Shown here: piece by piece, positions 1-12,950 of the stretch
Numbering within the stretch: the stretch's first letter is position 1
How the letters are laid out: every line of letters begins with the position of its first letter
Origin: Mobula hypostoma
Lineage: Eukaryota
DNA length: 64,000 nucleotides
Assembly (NCBI RefSeq): GCF_963921235.1
Contig: NC_086108.1
Location: 61,630,001 to 61,694,000 of the forward strand
Reading direction: 5' to 3'
Program-made: the position numbers and the translations under genes
Notes under the pieces: model-generated
What the model was told of the DNA's origin: nothing
Databases searched by the model: none
What the model saw: the letters and a program-made list of their open reading frames with translations, nothing else

Positions 1-1035
1 ATGACCATACACTTCCCAACACTGTATTTCATCTGCCATTCCTTTGTCCACTCTACTAATCTGTCTAAGTCTTTCTGTAGCCTCTCTACTTTCTCAAAAC
101 TATCTGCCTCCCCCATCTATCTTCGTATCATCTGTCAACTTTGAAACAAAGCCATCAATTCCATCATCCAAATCATTGACATATAATGTAACAAGAATCA
201 GTCTGAACACAGACTGAGGTCAGACTAACTGGCCTATAATTTCCTTTCTTCTGCCTCTCTCTCTCCTTGGAGTGGAATGATTTTTGCAGCTTTCCTGTCT
301 TTCAGAACTATGCTAGAATCTAGTGATTCTTGGAGATCAATACTAATGCCTCCATGATCTCTTCAGCCACCTCTTTCAAAATCCTGGGGTGTACACCATC
401 TGAATGATTTATCTTCCTTCAGACTTTTCAGTTTCCCAAGAATCTGGTCTCTGGTTATGGTAACTTCACACATTTCATGGCCCCTTTCACCTGGTACTTC
501 CATCATATTGCTAGTGTCTTCCACGGTGAAGACTGATGCAAAATATTTATTCAGTTCATCTTCCATTTCGTTGTCTTCCATTGCTACCTCTCCAGTATTG
601 TTTTCCAGTCTCGCCTCTCTCGCCTCTCTTTTACACTTTATTTACTGAACAAACTTTTGGTTTCTTCTTTAATATTATTGGCTAGCTTACTTTTGTATTC
701 CATCTTTACCATCTTAATTACTTTTTTAGTTGCCTTGTGTTGGTTTTTAAAAGCTTTCCAATTCTCTAACTTCCCACTAATTATTGTTCTATTGTATGCC
801 TTCTTTTTGGCTTTTTGTTGGCTGTGACTTCCCTTGTTAGACACAATTGTGTCATCTTGCCTTTAGAATACTTCTTCCTCTCTGGGATGTAAATATCCTC
901 AGTTTTCAAATTGCTTCCAGAAATTACAAACATTGCTGCTCTGCAGTCATCCCTGCCAGTGTTCTTTTCCAATCAATTCTGACCAACTTCTCTCTCATGC
1001 CTCTGTAATTCCCTTTACTCCACTGTAATACCGAT
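1..1035 (-). mobile_element. CR1 LINE ORF2 fragment with internal deletion
   Basis: Minus-strand translation gives ELNKYFASVFT (ORF 363..581), NYRPVSLTS (~215-240) and an RT segment LYVNDLDDGIDGFVSK..DDTK (~120-210). NYRPVSLTS is joined almost directly to the GSV motif, so the intervening RT core is missing. Confidence 0.9.
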
Positions 1036-1737
1036 ACATCTTTAATTTATGTTCATAATCTTTTACTTTATTTATTGTGCAAAAGCCTTTCAGAAAAAGA
1101 TGCTGCTAATTTGGTTTCCAATTCTGGTGTTATTCAAAACAGCCAAATTACTCCCCTTCCTTGTTTCCCAAAGGACAGTCTTGTGCCACCTTTTTTGTCC
1201 CCAATGGTACACCAGGCATTCAACATCAGTGTCGTATACTAGGAGCAGAAATCAGCGGAGTGCAAATGCTTCACCCCACTTCCAAAATTCAGTTATATTG
1301 AAGTCAATGTAATCTCATCTGTCAATACAATACAGTTTTAGCATATGCAGCTGAGTGAATTTCTTTCCTTTTAGTGTCAAAGAGCTATTTATTCAAAAGA
1401 CCTTCAGTTCTGAAGTGGGTCGAATACTGGGTTCAAATGTTGAACTGCTGAAGCCAAGACTACCTAACTGAAAGAAGATCAAATTGGTCTATATCATTTT
1501 AGTTTCAAGAACAGTGACCTTCTTCTGACCAGATTATCAGAAGGCCTGCAGAAGTGTCTTTCATATAGATCAGGGAGGTGATTAAAAATCACGCTGACAA
1601 CATTGTAAACAACAGAATCGTGAAAAAGGTTCTAGTGTTTTCCCAGAATATATGACGAATAAACTTCAAGGCAGGTACAGATATCAATTATAACCAACGT
1701 TTCAATGACAAATTCTGCCAAACAAAATCATGAAATA

Positions 1738-2266
1738 CACTCAGTGGCCACTTTATTAGGTACAGGAGTGAAACCCAGTGTGGTCTTCTCCATTGTAGCC
1801 CATCCACTTCAAGGTTTGACATGTATATTCAAAGATGCTCTTCTGCACACCACATGATTATTTGAGTTACTGTCTCCTCCCTGTCTGCTTGAACCAGTCT
1901 AGCCATTCTCTTCTGATCTCTACCATTAAAAAGGTATTTTTGCTCACAGATCTGCTGTTCACCAGATATCTTTTGTTTTTTGCATCATTCTCTGTAAACT
2001 CTAGAGACTGTTGTGTGTGAAAATCCTAGGAAATCAGCAGTTTCTGAAACATTCAAACCACCTCGTTTGGCACCGACACTGATTCCACGGTCAAAGTCAC
2101 TCCTATCACATTCCTTCCCCATTCTGATGTTTGGTTTGAACGGCAACTGAACCTCTTTACCATATCTGCATGCTTTAAGCATTGAGTTGCTGCCACATGA
2201 TTTGCTGATTAGATATTTGCATTAATGAACAAATATAGGTGTACCTAATAAAGTGGCCATTGAGAG
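1738..2266 (-). mobile_element. Tc1-like non-autonomous DNA transposon
   Basis: TIRs CACTCAGTGGCCACTTTATTAGGTACA / TGTACCTAATAAAGTGGCCATTGAGAG with TA on both sides (1736-37, 2267-68). ORF 1985..2182 encodes a Tc1 N-terminal HTH (SDFDRG..VGAKRGG..VSETADFLGFSHTTVSRVYRE). Confidence 0.93.
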
Positions 2267-2521
2267 TATTATTCCCTTCTTTTAAGGAAATGAAACTTTT
2301 TCAACAAACCTGTCACCAAAAGCTAACACACTTGGTAAATGTGGTGTCAAGTATGAGTTTCAGCCTCTCGACACTGGGTAATATTATTACTGAAGCAAAT
2401 CAGTAAACTGCTAAATTTTCATATTCTGCTCTCTATCAAACTTCAAACCTATAGAATTTTAATTAAGGCCAGAAAACTAGCATTACAATGCAGATTTTTG
2501 GGTGTTGAGGATATTTTTAAT

Positions 2522-4700
2522 CATAGGAACGTAAGAAATAGGAGCAGGAGTAGGCCATCTGGCCATTCATGCTTGCTCTGCCATTCAATAAGATCATGGC
2601 TGATCTGACCATGGACTCATCTCCACCTAACTGCCTTTTCCCCATAACCCTTAATTCCCCTAGTATGCAAAAATCTATCCAACCTTGTCTTAAATATACT
2701 TACTGAGGTAGCCTCCACTGATTCATTGGGCAGAAAATTCCACTCTTTGGGTAAAGCAGTTCCTCCTCATCTCCATCCTAAATCTACTCCCCTGAATCAT
2801 ATAGCTATGTCCCCTAGTTCTAATCTCGCTTACCAGTGGAAACAACTTTCCTGTCTCTATCTTATCTATCCCTTTCATAATTTTATATGGTTCTATAAGA
2901 TCTCCTCTCATCCTTCTGAATTTCAGTGAGTGGAGCCCCAGGCGGCTCAATCTCTCCTCAGAGCCTAACCCCCTCATCCCTGGAATCAACCTGGTGAACT
3001 TCCTCTGTACTGCCTTCAAAGATAGTACATCCTCCCTCAAGTAAGGAGACCAGAACTGCATGCAGTACTCCAGATGCAACCTCACCAGTACCCTATACAT
3101 TTGCAGCATAACCTCCCTGTTCTTGAATTCAATCCTTCTAGCAATGAAGGCCAACATCCCATTTGCCTTCTTGATGTCTACCAAATGTTGAAAGGACTAG
3201 ATAGGATGGCTGTGGCGAGGAGGCTTCTTATGGTGGGGGTATCCGGAACTAGAGGGTACAGCCTCACGACTGAGGGGAGACCTTTTAGAACAGAGGTAAA
3301 GAAGAATGTTTTAGCCGGAGACCAGTGAATCTGTGGCATGCTCTGCCACAGTCTGCGGTGGAGGCCAAGTTCATGTGTATGTTTAAGGCAGAAAGTGATC
3401 ATTTCCTGATTGGTCAGGGCATCAAAGTATATGGCAAGAAGGCAGGTGTATGGGGTTGAGTGGGTTCTGGGATCAGCCATGATAGAATGGTGGAGCAGGT
3501 TCGAAAGGCTGAATGGCCTAATTCTACTCCTATGTCTTATGGTCTTATCGCCTTCTGCACCTGCAAACCAATCTTTTGCAATTCATGCACAAGCACTCCC
3601 AAGTCCTTCTGCACAGCAGCATGCTGTAATCTTTTACCATTTAGATAATAATCTGGTCTTCCATTTTTCCTTCCAAAGTGGATGACCTTGCATTTACCAA
3701 CATTGTACTCCATCTGCCAGATCCTTGCCCACTCACTTAGACTATCTATACCTCTCTGCAGACTCTTCGTGTCCTCTGCACAATTTGCTTTCCCACTCAA
3801 TTTAGTGTCATCAGCAAATTTCAATACACTACACCTCTTCCAGATCGTTAATATATGTCATGAACAGTTGCAGGCCCAGCATCAACCCCTGCAGCACATC
3901 GCTCACCACTGATTACCAACCAGAGAAACACCCATCTATCCCAACTGTCTGCTTTCTATTCTATAACAAATTCTCTATCTATGCTAATACATCACCCCCA
4001 ACTCTATGCATCCTTATCTTATGGATAAGTCTTTTATATGTCACTTTATCGAATGCCTTCTGGAAATCCAAGTAAATAACATCCATCTGTTCCCCTCTAT
4101 CCACTGCACTCATTATATCCTCAAAGAACTCCATTACAATTGTCAAACAGGACCTGCCTTTGCTGAATCCATGCTGCGTCTGCCTGATGGATCCACTTCT
4201 TTCCAGATGTCTGGCTAGTTCTTCTTTAATGATAGTTTAAAGCATTTTTCCAACTACAGATGTTAAACTAACTGGCCTATAGTTATCTGCCTTTTGCCTA
4301 CATCCTTTTTTTAACAGTGGCATGACATTTGCTGTCTTCCAATCTGTCAGGACCTGCCCATAGTCCAGAGAATTGTGGTAAATCATCACCAAAACCTCTA
4401 CTATAACTTCTGCCATTTCTTTCAGTACCCTGGGATGTATTCCATCAGGACCAGGGGACACACCTATCTTCAGACCCACAAGTGCTCAGCAGCACCTCTT
4501 TAGTGATAGCTATTGTATCGAGGTCTTCTCCTCCCAACACATCCATATCATCTCTCTTCGGCATGTTAGACATGTCCTCCACTGTTAAAACCGACACAAA
4601 ATAGTCATTCAAAGCCTCGGCCATTTCCTCGTTACCCAATAGCAATTCCCCCTTCTCATCCTCCCAGGACCTATGTTCACTTTGGTCAATCTTTTCCACT
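2522..4700 (-). mobile_element. CR1 LINE, 5'-truncated (RT domain to 3' tail), interrupted at ~3173-3548
   Basis: ORFs 4445..4699, 4237..4479 ([27 protein letters not shown]), 3537..3824 (KFADDTK) and 2723..3184 (LVRLHLEYC.QFWSP). CR1 3' UTR and short tandem tail near 2522. Confidence 0.93.
3173..3548 (+). mobile_element. CR1 3'-end fragment nested antisense in another CR1
   Basis: YQMLKGLDR...TRGYSL..GRPFRTE C-terminal motif, followed by the 3' UTR ending TCCTATGTCTTATGGTCTTAT. The host CR1 reading resumes on each side. Confidence 0.88.
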
Positions 4701-4824
4701 TTAGAAAGGAAAAGACGGCCATTTGAATGCCTAGGGCATTATCCTAATTGGATGTTTGTGACCAGCGTGTTCTGCAAGTATCAGTGCTGGGATCTCTGTT
4801 GTTTGTTTTATATATAAAAGATTT

Positions 4825-5779
4825 TGTCACTGTCCCGACTGTTAATTCCCCTTATTCTCCTAATTCCCTTTTCCCCGTGTTCTCCTGGGCTCCTTGATTG
4901 CAGCACCTGATTCTCATCTAAATCTACAGCATAAAAACCCCGGCTTTGCATCCACTCGTTGCCAGATCGTTGCTTCAGCCAGTGTGGTAATTCACGTTCC
5001 CAACTGCTTAGAATGGTGCATTCTAGGTTTTACTTCAGTACCAAGGTTTACCTGTGTAACTCTGTCTCTCCATGTCAAGGTAAGTAATGCCTGCCATTTG
5101 TCTTTCCATTTGCCGCTCCATGTCAAGATTAGGATTGCCTGCCATTTGCCTTTCCATTTAACACTCTGTGTGAAGGTAAGTGTTGCCTGCCACCTGTCTC
5201 CCATTTGCCATTCAGCTCCAGCAACGCCCTGTGTCAAGAAAAGTATTATCTGCCATTTGCCTTTCTATGTAACGCTCTGTGTCAAGATAAGTGTTGCTGG
5301 CCGCCTGTCTCCTGTTTGCCGTTCACCCTCAGCAATGCCCTGTGTCAAGAAAAGTTTTCCCTGTCTCTTGCTCTTCAGTTCATCCACGCTGTTTGCCTGT
5401 GTTAACCCTGTCTCTCAGCCATTTAGAATTGTGTATTCTGCTTCCGCGCTGTTTGCCACTGTTAACTCTGTCTCTCCGTGTTAACAGGAGCATGGCATGC
5501 CGCCCGTCGTTCTCCCCCAGCCACGCTCATCCCCTTGTCCGCATCCCTGCTCTGCCTCGTCCCGCTGTCCGTCTACACTCTCCGCTGGCTCAGTGGTTAA
5601 ATGCCATGTTCTCACCGTAGTGACCCAGGTTTGATCCCCGGTCCAGCCTCTCTCACTCCTCAGCTTTCCTCTGCCTAATCCTCGCTCCCCGGCCTTCTCT
5701 GCAACCATTAATAAAAACACTTCTGATTACACTATCTCCATGTGTCCTGCATTTGGGTTCACCCATTCTCGCTGCAACA
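4825..5779 (+). mobile_element. Solo LTR (Gypsy or BEL type)
   Basis: TGTCAC...TGCAACA termini and a perfect 5-bp TSD GATTT (4820-24, 5780-84). CATAAAAA TATA-like box at ~4930 and AATAAA at ~5710. Confidence 0.9.
5060..5360. repeat. Degenerate tandem repeat inside the LTR (48/63-bp units)
   Basis: TGTCAAG/TGTGAAG anchor recurs at 5073, 5121, 5169, 5232, 5280 and 5343. Confidence 0.85.
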
Positions 5780-7899
5780 GATTTTGGTGAAGGTGTAGGT
5801 AGGCTGGTTAGTAAGTTTACAGATGAAACAAAAACTGGTGGAGTCATGGATAGTGAGGAAAGTTGTCAAAGGATTCAGCTGGAAAATGGACAGAGAATTG
5901 GCAGTTCAAGAAACTGTGAGGTCTTGCACTTTGGTAGGTCAAATATAGGAGGAAAGTACAAATCACATGACTCCTCAGTGCATAGATATACTGATCATTG
6001 ATGCAAATCTATAGCTGCCAGAGAATGGTAACACAAGTAGCTGGGGTGGTAAAGAGGTGAATGGCATACCTGCCTACTGCACCAGTCAAACTATTGAGTA
6101 TAAAAGTTCAGACGTTATGCTGCAGCATGGTATATAAATATGATTTAGCAGTACTCGGAGTATTGTGCTCAGTTCTGGTCACCCATCACAGGAGGGATGT
6201 AGAGAGGCTTTGGAGAGGGTGCAGGAAATTAATCCAGTATGTTGTCTGGAGTAGAGAGAATTAGCTATAAGGAGAGGTTGAATTGTTTTCTCTGGAGCAT
6301 TGGAGGCTGAGAGACATCTTGATAGAATTACATAAAATTATGAAGGCAGATGAGATAGAATCTTTTTTCCCCACGGTAAAAATGCAAAATACCTAGAATA
6401 TAGCTTTAAAGTGAGAGGGGGAAAGTTAAAGGAAATTTATCTGACAGGTTTTTTTTACACAGAGGGTGTTACATACCTTCCAAAGGAGGTGGTGGAAATT
6501 GGTACAGTAGCAATGTTTAAGAGGCATTTAGGCAGTTGTATAAACAAGCAGGGTAACAGAGGATATATACCACATGCAGGCAGATGCCAACTGGCACCAT
6601 CGTTGGCACAGACATTGTGAGCCACAGTGCCTGCACTATTTCAAGTTCTATCTGACAATGAAAGAGGCCTTTCTGTCCCTATACCTGTCCATGCATCAAG
6701 TAGTACTCAAAACATGCAACTAGTATCTGTGGATTTCTTGGACACAATGGGGATTAATATAAATGGGTGGTTCATGGATCAATGGGTCTCTATCTGTGCT
6801 GTATTTTTCTATGACTCATGGATTCTAATGCTGCAAGATTCAATGATTCTGAGAAACTCAAGTGACCAAAATAAAAGATCTCAATCAAAGAATATTTCAA
6901 ATTGAACAACATTGTAACTCTCAATTAATAATTATTATTTGCGTAGATAGAATGTTATTTGCTTCACAATGGATGACCAATTGCTCCCATCCAATTTGCA
7001 CAGGTCTGCTTCTGACTTACTGCCAATGTACCATGGGTTAAGTTAAGAACACTCACCTTGAAATGCCCAAAAACATGGTAGCACTAACCAGTAGGCACAT
7101 TTTCAACAATGAGAAAATTAGATGTAAAAATTCATCTTGAGCAATCAAGGTCGTCAACAGTTTAAGATTGGACTTTTGAGAGCCCTGGAAAAATCAGGAA
7201 TAAATTCTACAGCGAGGCATTTCAAGGATAAACATATGAACCATTATTTAACATCACTGAAGGACATACTTTTGATGAAGTAATTCTGAAAGTGGTTTGT
7301 CTTGACATCACACACCTTGAATACAGCAATCTGTGGAAGATTTAGACATTTTCAAGTAGAATTCTCAAGGATATAAGATAGAAAATAGCAGGAAATAAAG
7401 GAACTAGTAAAAACAAAATTAACTTCTAGTAGGTAACTATAAAAGCTAGTGTGCCATATCAAAGAATTTAAGAATGTAAGCCAATGTAAATAAACTGACA
7501 ATGCCAGATGAATTTTTAATGCATCAATGTAAATCATATGTCATTTTGAAGTGGAAGCATGAAATAAATACACAATGAATAGTTTCAGATTAACACAGGT
7601 GAAAAAGGGTCTTCGTTATAATTACTGGCCGTATGTTGACAAAATCCAATTAATTTTGCCCGTGTGTAAATGTGAGGTAATAAGAACTAAGTTCAGCTCA
7701 AGGGTTTTGGTTGTGTCAAATTAGAATTTTTTTTAATTTTCCATAAACTGCTGGTAGGACTACACTTTAAATATGAAATGACTTTCAAAAAGTATATTGT
7801 TGCATAGGATAAAATTCAGAATCACAGATAATTCTGGTATTTATGGTTACATGTTATGGAAAAAAAATTACAAAAGTGAACTAGCATTTCACAGAAAGA

Positions 7900-8270
7900 A
7901 AGAAATTGTAAATATATCAACTGCTATATTGAAAAGGGGCTAAGGTTGAGCTGTCTAATTATAGACCTGTAAATCTCACATCAATTGTGGGAAAATTGCT
8001 TAGGGCAGTATAAAGAATCATCTCAGGAGACACAGATTAACAGGAAGCAGGCAGTCAGGTTTTAGAAATGGGAGGTCATGTTTTGCCAATTCTATTCATT
8101 TTTTCTCGATGAAGTTATTGACATTGTGGATTAGAGTGAGACAGTAAATGTTACTTACCTGTGTTTGAAAAAGGCATTTGACCCAGTCCCACGTAAAAGT
8201 TCAGACCCATGGGATATATGGAAAGGCTAATAAATAGGAAGTAATCTGCCTGAGAGATAGTGATGTGCTA
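7900..8270 (+). mobile_element. Old CR1-like RT fragment
   Basis: SNYRPVNLTSIVGKL at ~7955-8000, then degenerate Q.GFR.GRSC and KAFD.VP motifs. Confidence 0.75.
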
Positions 8271-8561
8271 CAGAGATTGGTGCTTGACTTCCACAGAACG
8301 AACATAATACCTAAGAGGTTATTTGGTACACCAGCCAAGAGGATGGATTAGATAGTGTTAGGCAAAATGTGCTGGGAATCACATCAACTGTGTCTCCTTA
8401 AATTTTTGCATTAGCACTAAATACTGGAAAGACAAAGGTAACATCATAGAAAATCAAGGATCCTTAAATGAAGTAATGTATAAGTACAGGCAGAACATAG
8501 AACAGTACAGCACAGTACAGGATCCTCGGTCCAATAGTATAACCAGCTCCAAGATCAATCT

Positions 8562-8685
8562 CTAACAAGAGAAAATCTGCAGATGCTGGAGGTGTAGGGG
8601 CAGGTGTAGTTAGTGAGTGGTGAGGAGTACTCTTTTCCATAGATGCTGCCTGGCCTGCTGAGTTCCTCCAGCATTTTGTGTGTGT
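8562..8685. mobile_element. Short PLE pseudo-LTR insert with an inverted end
   Basis: Contains pLTR sequence in both orientations; flanked by the 14-bp direct repeat TCCAAGATCAATCT (8548-61, 8686-99). Confidence 0.8.
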
Positions 8686-9064
8686 CCAAGATCAATCTAA
8701 TGCTTCCCTCACACATAGCCCTCCATTTTTCTTTCATTCATGATTCTCTTAAATGTCCCGAAGTATCTGCCTGTAGGATTATCCCTGGCTGTGCTTTCAA
8801 CACATCCATCCCTCTCTCCATATAAAACACCTGCCTCTGACACACACCACTATTCTTTCCCCCATCACCTTAAACTTATTATTATCCATTTCTGCCCTGG
8901 GAAAAAGCTGTCCGCTGGCTGCCCACTCTATTTATGCCCCTCATCATCCTACACACCTATATCAGGTCACCTCTCATCCTCCTTCGCGTCAAAGAGAAGA
9001 GCCCTAGCTTCCTCAACCTTTCCTCAAAAGACATGCTGTCTAATCCAGGCAGCGTCCTGGTAAG

Positions 9065-9346
9065 TGGGGTTGCCACGGTAGCGTAGCAGTCAGTGCGACA
9101 CTACTCCGGCACTCGGAGTTCAATTCTGGCAGTGTCTGTACGGAGCTTGTGCACTCACCCTGTGACCATGTGAGTTTCCTCTGGGTGCTACGGTTTCCTC
9201 CCACAGACCAAAGACATACTGGCAGTAGCTATATTGATCATTGTAAATTGTTCTGTGACTAGGCTGGTGCTATGTAGGTGGTGCGGCTCAATAGGGTGGA
9301 AGGGCCTGTTTCGTGCTGTACCTCTAAATAAAATCAAATGAAATGA
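9065..9346 (+). mobile_element. tRNA-derived V-SINE (HE1-like)
   Basis: A box-like CGGTAGCGTAGCAG, B box-like GAGTTCAATTC, V-domain GTTTCCTCTGGGTGCTACGGTTTCCTCCCACA, and an A-rich (AAATN)n tail. Confidence 0.85.
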
Positions 9347-9764
9347 ATCTGCTCTGCACTCTCTCTAAAGCTTCCACATCCTTCCATAAGAACTGAACAC
9401 AACATTCCAGGTGTGGACTAACCTGCTTTATCGAGCTGCAACATTACCTCGTTTGAATTCAGTCCCATGACTATTAAAGGCCAAGACACCATGTGCCTTC
9501 TAATCACCCTATCGACTTGTGCATCAACTCTGAGGGATCTATGGATATGAACTGCAAGTTCCCTCTGTTCCTCCACGCTGATAAGAATCCTACCAGTTAC
9601 CCTGCACTCTGCTTTCAAGTTTGGCCTTCCAAAGTGTATTACCTCACACTTTTCTGGAACAATTCCCATCTGCACTCTTGAGCCCAGCTCTGTATCCTTT
9701 CAATGTTCTATTGTAACCGACAACAACCTTGACACTATCCACAGCCCCACCAAACTTCATGTCA

Positions 9765-9990
9765 TCTACTCTCACAGCAACCTGGATTATACCTCTTCCC
9801 ATCCTATTACTGGTAAAAATGCCATCTCCTTCTTTCAATTCCTCCGTCTCCACCGCATCTGTTCTCAGGCTGAGGCTTTTCAATCCAGAGCTAAGGAGAT
9901 GTCCTCTTTCTTCAAAGAAAGGGCTTCCCTTCCTCCACCAATAATGCTGTGGACTTCTGTCCTCTCCTATCAGATCCACACTTCTCCAGC
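9765..9990 (+). mobile_element. Penelope-like internal fragment
   Basis: LDYTSSHP...AISFFQFLRLHRICS...MSSFFKERASL, homologous to the start of ORF 15544..15960. Confidence 0.75.
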
Positions 9991-11517
9991 CCTGTATCCC
10001 TGTGTCTATAATTCCCAGGATTAGCCCTATTATTTTCCTAAAACAAATGCATAAAAGTTGTCTCCCTCCAGTTTTCTGGTACTATTCCTGTGGCCATGAC
10101 AATGCAAAGATCATTGTCAAAGGCACAGCAATCTTTTCCCCATTTCTTGTGTTAACCAGGGGTATGTCCCATCTATCCCTGGGGACTTATCTATTCAACA
10201 GTTCTCAGAAGTTCCAGTACATCCTCTTTCTTAACAGGATGTCAGCCTACTCTGTGTTGTCCTCACATTTGTCATGATCCCTTTCACTAGTGAATATTGA
10301 AGTAAAATATTCATAAAGGACCACCCTACCCCCTCCATTTTCCTTAATTCCACTTGCCAAGGCATTCTCATGTCCCCCTGTAGCTGACCTAAATCCATTC
10401 TTAAGCTCCTTCCTCGCTACCTTGTAACTCGCCGGAGCCCTCTTGCTTCTGAAACCTTAAGTAAGCTTCTTGCTTCCTCTTGGCTGGACCTTCTACATCT
10501 CTCGTCAACCATGGTCCCTTCACCCTACCATCCTTTCCCTGCTACAATGGAACAAACCTATCTAGAACCCCATGAAGTACCCCCTAAACAACCTCAACGT
10601 TTCTCTTTGTGCATTTCCCTGAGTACGCCTGTTCCCAATTTACGCTCTCAAGTTCCTGCCTATTAGGGTTATAATTTGCCCTCCCCAATTACTTTACTTT
10701 TCCATTCCGTCTGCTCCTATCCCTCTCCAAGGCTATGGTACAGGTCAGGGAGTTGTGATTTGTGGTCACAAGTGTTAAGGCTTAAACCAAAGGTGTCAAC
10801 AAGTTGGAAAAGACCATAGTTTCTTGGTTAACTCTTTGCACATTACAACAATGAATTCTGCTTCTTCATTAATTTGAGACCATCAAAAATCCTCCCAAAA
10901 TACATTGGTATGACAGTTAACATTTAAAGAGATTTATATGTCATTAGTCATTCAGAAGGGTTAATATTAGTAATAAGAATACTTAAAAAGAACAAGATGG
11001 TCTTTCATGCTAATTGTTTTATGCGTATTTGAAATAAGATGTGATAATTAATTTCATACTTAAACTATTTATGTCACCAGTTTACATCAATGTAAAACAG
11101 AAAAAAATGAACATATAATTAATGAGACAGTTATTGTTGAATTCTGCCCTACTATAATGATATTATTCTTTGTCATTGGCACCCCACATATATAATTATT
11201 TGAAACGTGCAAAAGAAATCTCCGAAAGGAATATGTGTATGCACGTGGAAGGGGCTAATGGTCTCTGATCTCTCAGCAACACTAATTTCGAGCACGTTCT
11301 CCAGAACGTAATGCTTTACCTTCTGCCACCCACCTCCCCCCACCACCTGCAGCACAATTGGTGTGAGCTGCCATGGCACGGTTTTGTTTAGAGCAGACAC
11401 TCTGGTGCAACGTTGACAGAAAGCTACACTCTTGGAGAGGAGCTTTTCAAATGACATATTAAACATAGGTCTGGCCTCTCAAATAAAAACATAAAAGATT
11501 CCATAGCAATAATGAAG

Positions 11518-11621
11518 AAGAACAACACGCACAAAATGCTGGAGGAACTCAGCAGGTCAGGCAGCATTAATGCAAATACATAAACGGTCAACTTTTCAGG
11601 TCCAGACCTTCACTGGGACTC
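11518..11621 (-). mobile_element. Short PLE pLTR insert with degenerate hammerhead
   Basis: CACAAAATGCTGGAGGAACTCAGCAGG...GGACT; 9-bp TSD ATAATGAAG (11509-17, 11622-30). Confidence 0.82.
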
Positions 11622-11694
11622 ATAATGAAGGAGAACCTCTATTTTAACCAACTGCTGAGTTCCTATCCAATACTGCAAGACAGATTATCTGTAT

Positions 11695-11843
11695 TTTCCC
11701 CTCTCTTTGTGCACTACTTATTTAATTTAATATTTTATACCATATATACTTATTAAAATTTATAGTTTTTAATATCATGTACTGATGCTGCAAAACAACA
11801 AATTTCACTACATATGCCAGTGATATTAAACTTGATTCAGATT
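11695..11843 (+). mobile_element. Rex1/Babar-type 3' end
   Basis: TGTACTG..GCAAAACAACAAATTTCA..TGATATTAAAC(TTGATT)n; same terminus as 19800-19865. Confidence 0.6.
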
Positions 11844-12714
11844 GTTCATCAAGGGAATTTGTTATTACAAAGGTCACCTACACTTCAAAATTTCTATTAT
11901 GACCCTAAAGTGCATTGCCGAATCCTGTAAAACTTTTTGCTTTCTTTCATAACTGCAATTTTTTTTGGTTATTTGTGATTATGGGAAATTTTTTTTGCAT
12001 ATTATAATCGGTGAATTATGAAAATGTGATAGAAATAAAAAACAGCAACATCAAAAGAAGAAAAATATACAGCCGCCACTTAACCTGCTAGGATGAGTGT
12101 TATCAAGGCTCAGCAGTCACGATGTAGATTGTAGACTTTGTCATGCACAAGAAATCTTATTATAAAGACATAGGGTTAATTCATTTGGACTGACAGGAAA
12201 CCAAGCATCCTCTATACACTTTTCCAGTCCCAGGATTAAACTTCCCAGCTTCTACTGCTTGCCTTTGTGTGTAGCCAATCCTCCATTATTACTAGCTGGC
12301 AGCACTTGATCAAAGATATTCTAATTTTGGAAGCCTGATCTCGGGTCCTGGCAGATAGATTGCCAGTCTCAATACAATCAAACCAGAGCCATGGAACATA
12401 ATCCTCCAGTCTGCATCAGCTGCTGAACCTATCTTGCTTTCTTTGTTTCACTATCAGTTTATTGTATGGAAAGAAAAGAAACTAGATGCTTTTAAAAGAA
12501 GGAAACCTATATTTAACACTTATTAAATTCAAGGAAGCTATTCTTAATGTTGTCTAATGTTGTACTTCAGACTCTGTTTATTATACATTATTTAACAATT
12601 TATTAGAGAAGTCTAGAAAATAAGCACATTGAATGATAACGTATATTTAACTTGTTTAATTTCAATGTTTATGTTAGCTTCCAGTTCTCCTGGTCCTGAC
12701 TATTATCACAAATG

Positions 12715-12950
12715 GTTGGTGGCGTCCATTAGTCTGGTGAGACCATGGATCTGCGCCTGGAATTCTCTAGGGTGCAGGCCTGGGCAAGGTTGTATGGAAG
12801 ACCAGCAGTTGCCCAAGCAGCAAGCCTCTCCTCTCCATGACACCGATGTTGTCTGAGGAAAAGGCAAGGGCCGATACAGCTTGGCACCAGTGTCGTCGCA
12901 GGAGTTGCCAGGACGAGGTTGAAAGCAACGTTGGACTGCCTCAGCTCCGA
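12715..12950. mobile_element. Interspersed repeat, probably RTE-associated non-coding fragment
   Basis: GC-richer block with sharp edges in AT-rich DNA; family call is from recollection only. Confidence 0.35.

Larger units (their letters stand above)
4755..6650 (+). mobile_element. Degenerate CR1 LINE RT/3' region split by a solo LTR
   Basis: Degenerate VTS..QGSVLG.LLFV.YI at ~4757-4824 continues after the LTR as D.GEGVGRLVSKFTDETK (ORF 5753..6001), then CR1 C-terminal and 3' UTR sequence. Confidence 0.85.
8490..10760 (-). mobile_element. Fragmented CR1 LINE with several nested insertions and deletions
   Basis: 3' tail AGAACATAGAACAGTACAGCACAG at ~8492. ORFs 9418..9675 (KCEVIHFGR) and 9644..9979 (DDMKFGG); KSPG-like motif at ~10175-10190. 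Confidence 0.8.
11400..11945 (+). mobile_element. Old Deu-domain SINE (SacSINE1-like), interrupted twice
   Basis: Degenerate Deu motifs TTTCAAATGACATATTAAAC..TAAAAGATTCCATAGCA..GAAGAAG, ACAGATTATCTG and CTACACTTCAAAA, recognised from memory of the family. Confidence 0.55.

Noticed and set aside
1049..1312. Possible host exon or short ORF
   Set aside because: No recognisable protein similarity and no convincing splice-site pair.
5060..5360. Regularly spaced repeats as a possible CRISPR array
   Set aside because: The intervening sequences are themselves homologous, the repeats are degenerate, the block lies in a eukaryotic LTR, and there are no cas genes.
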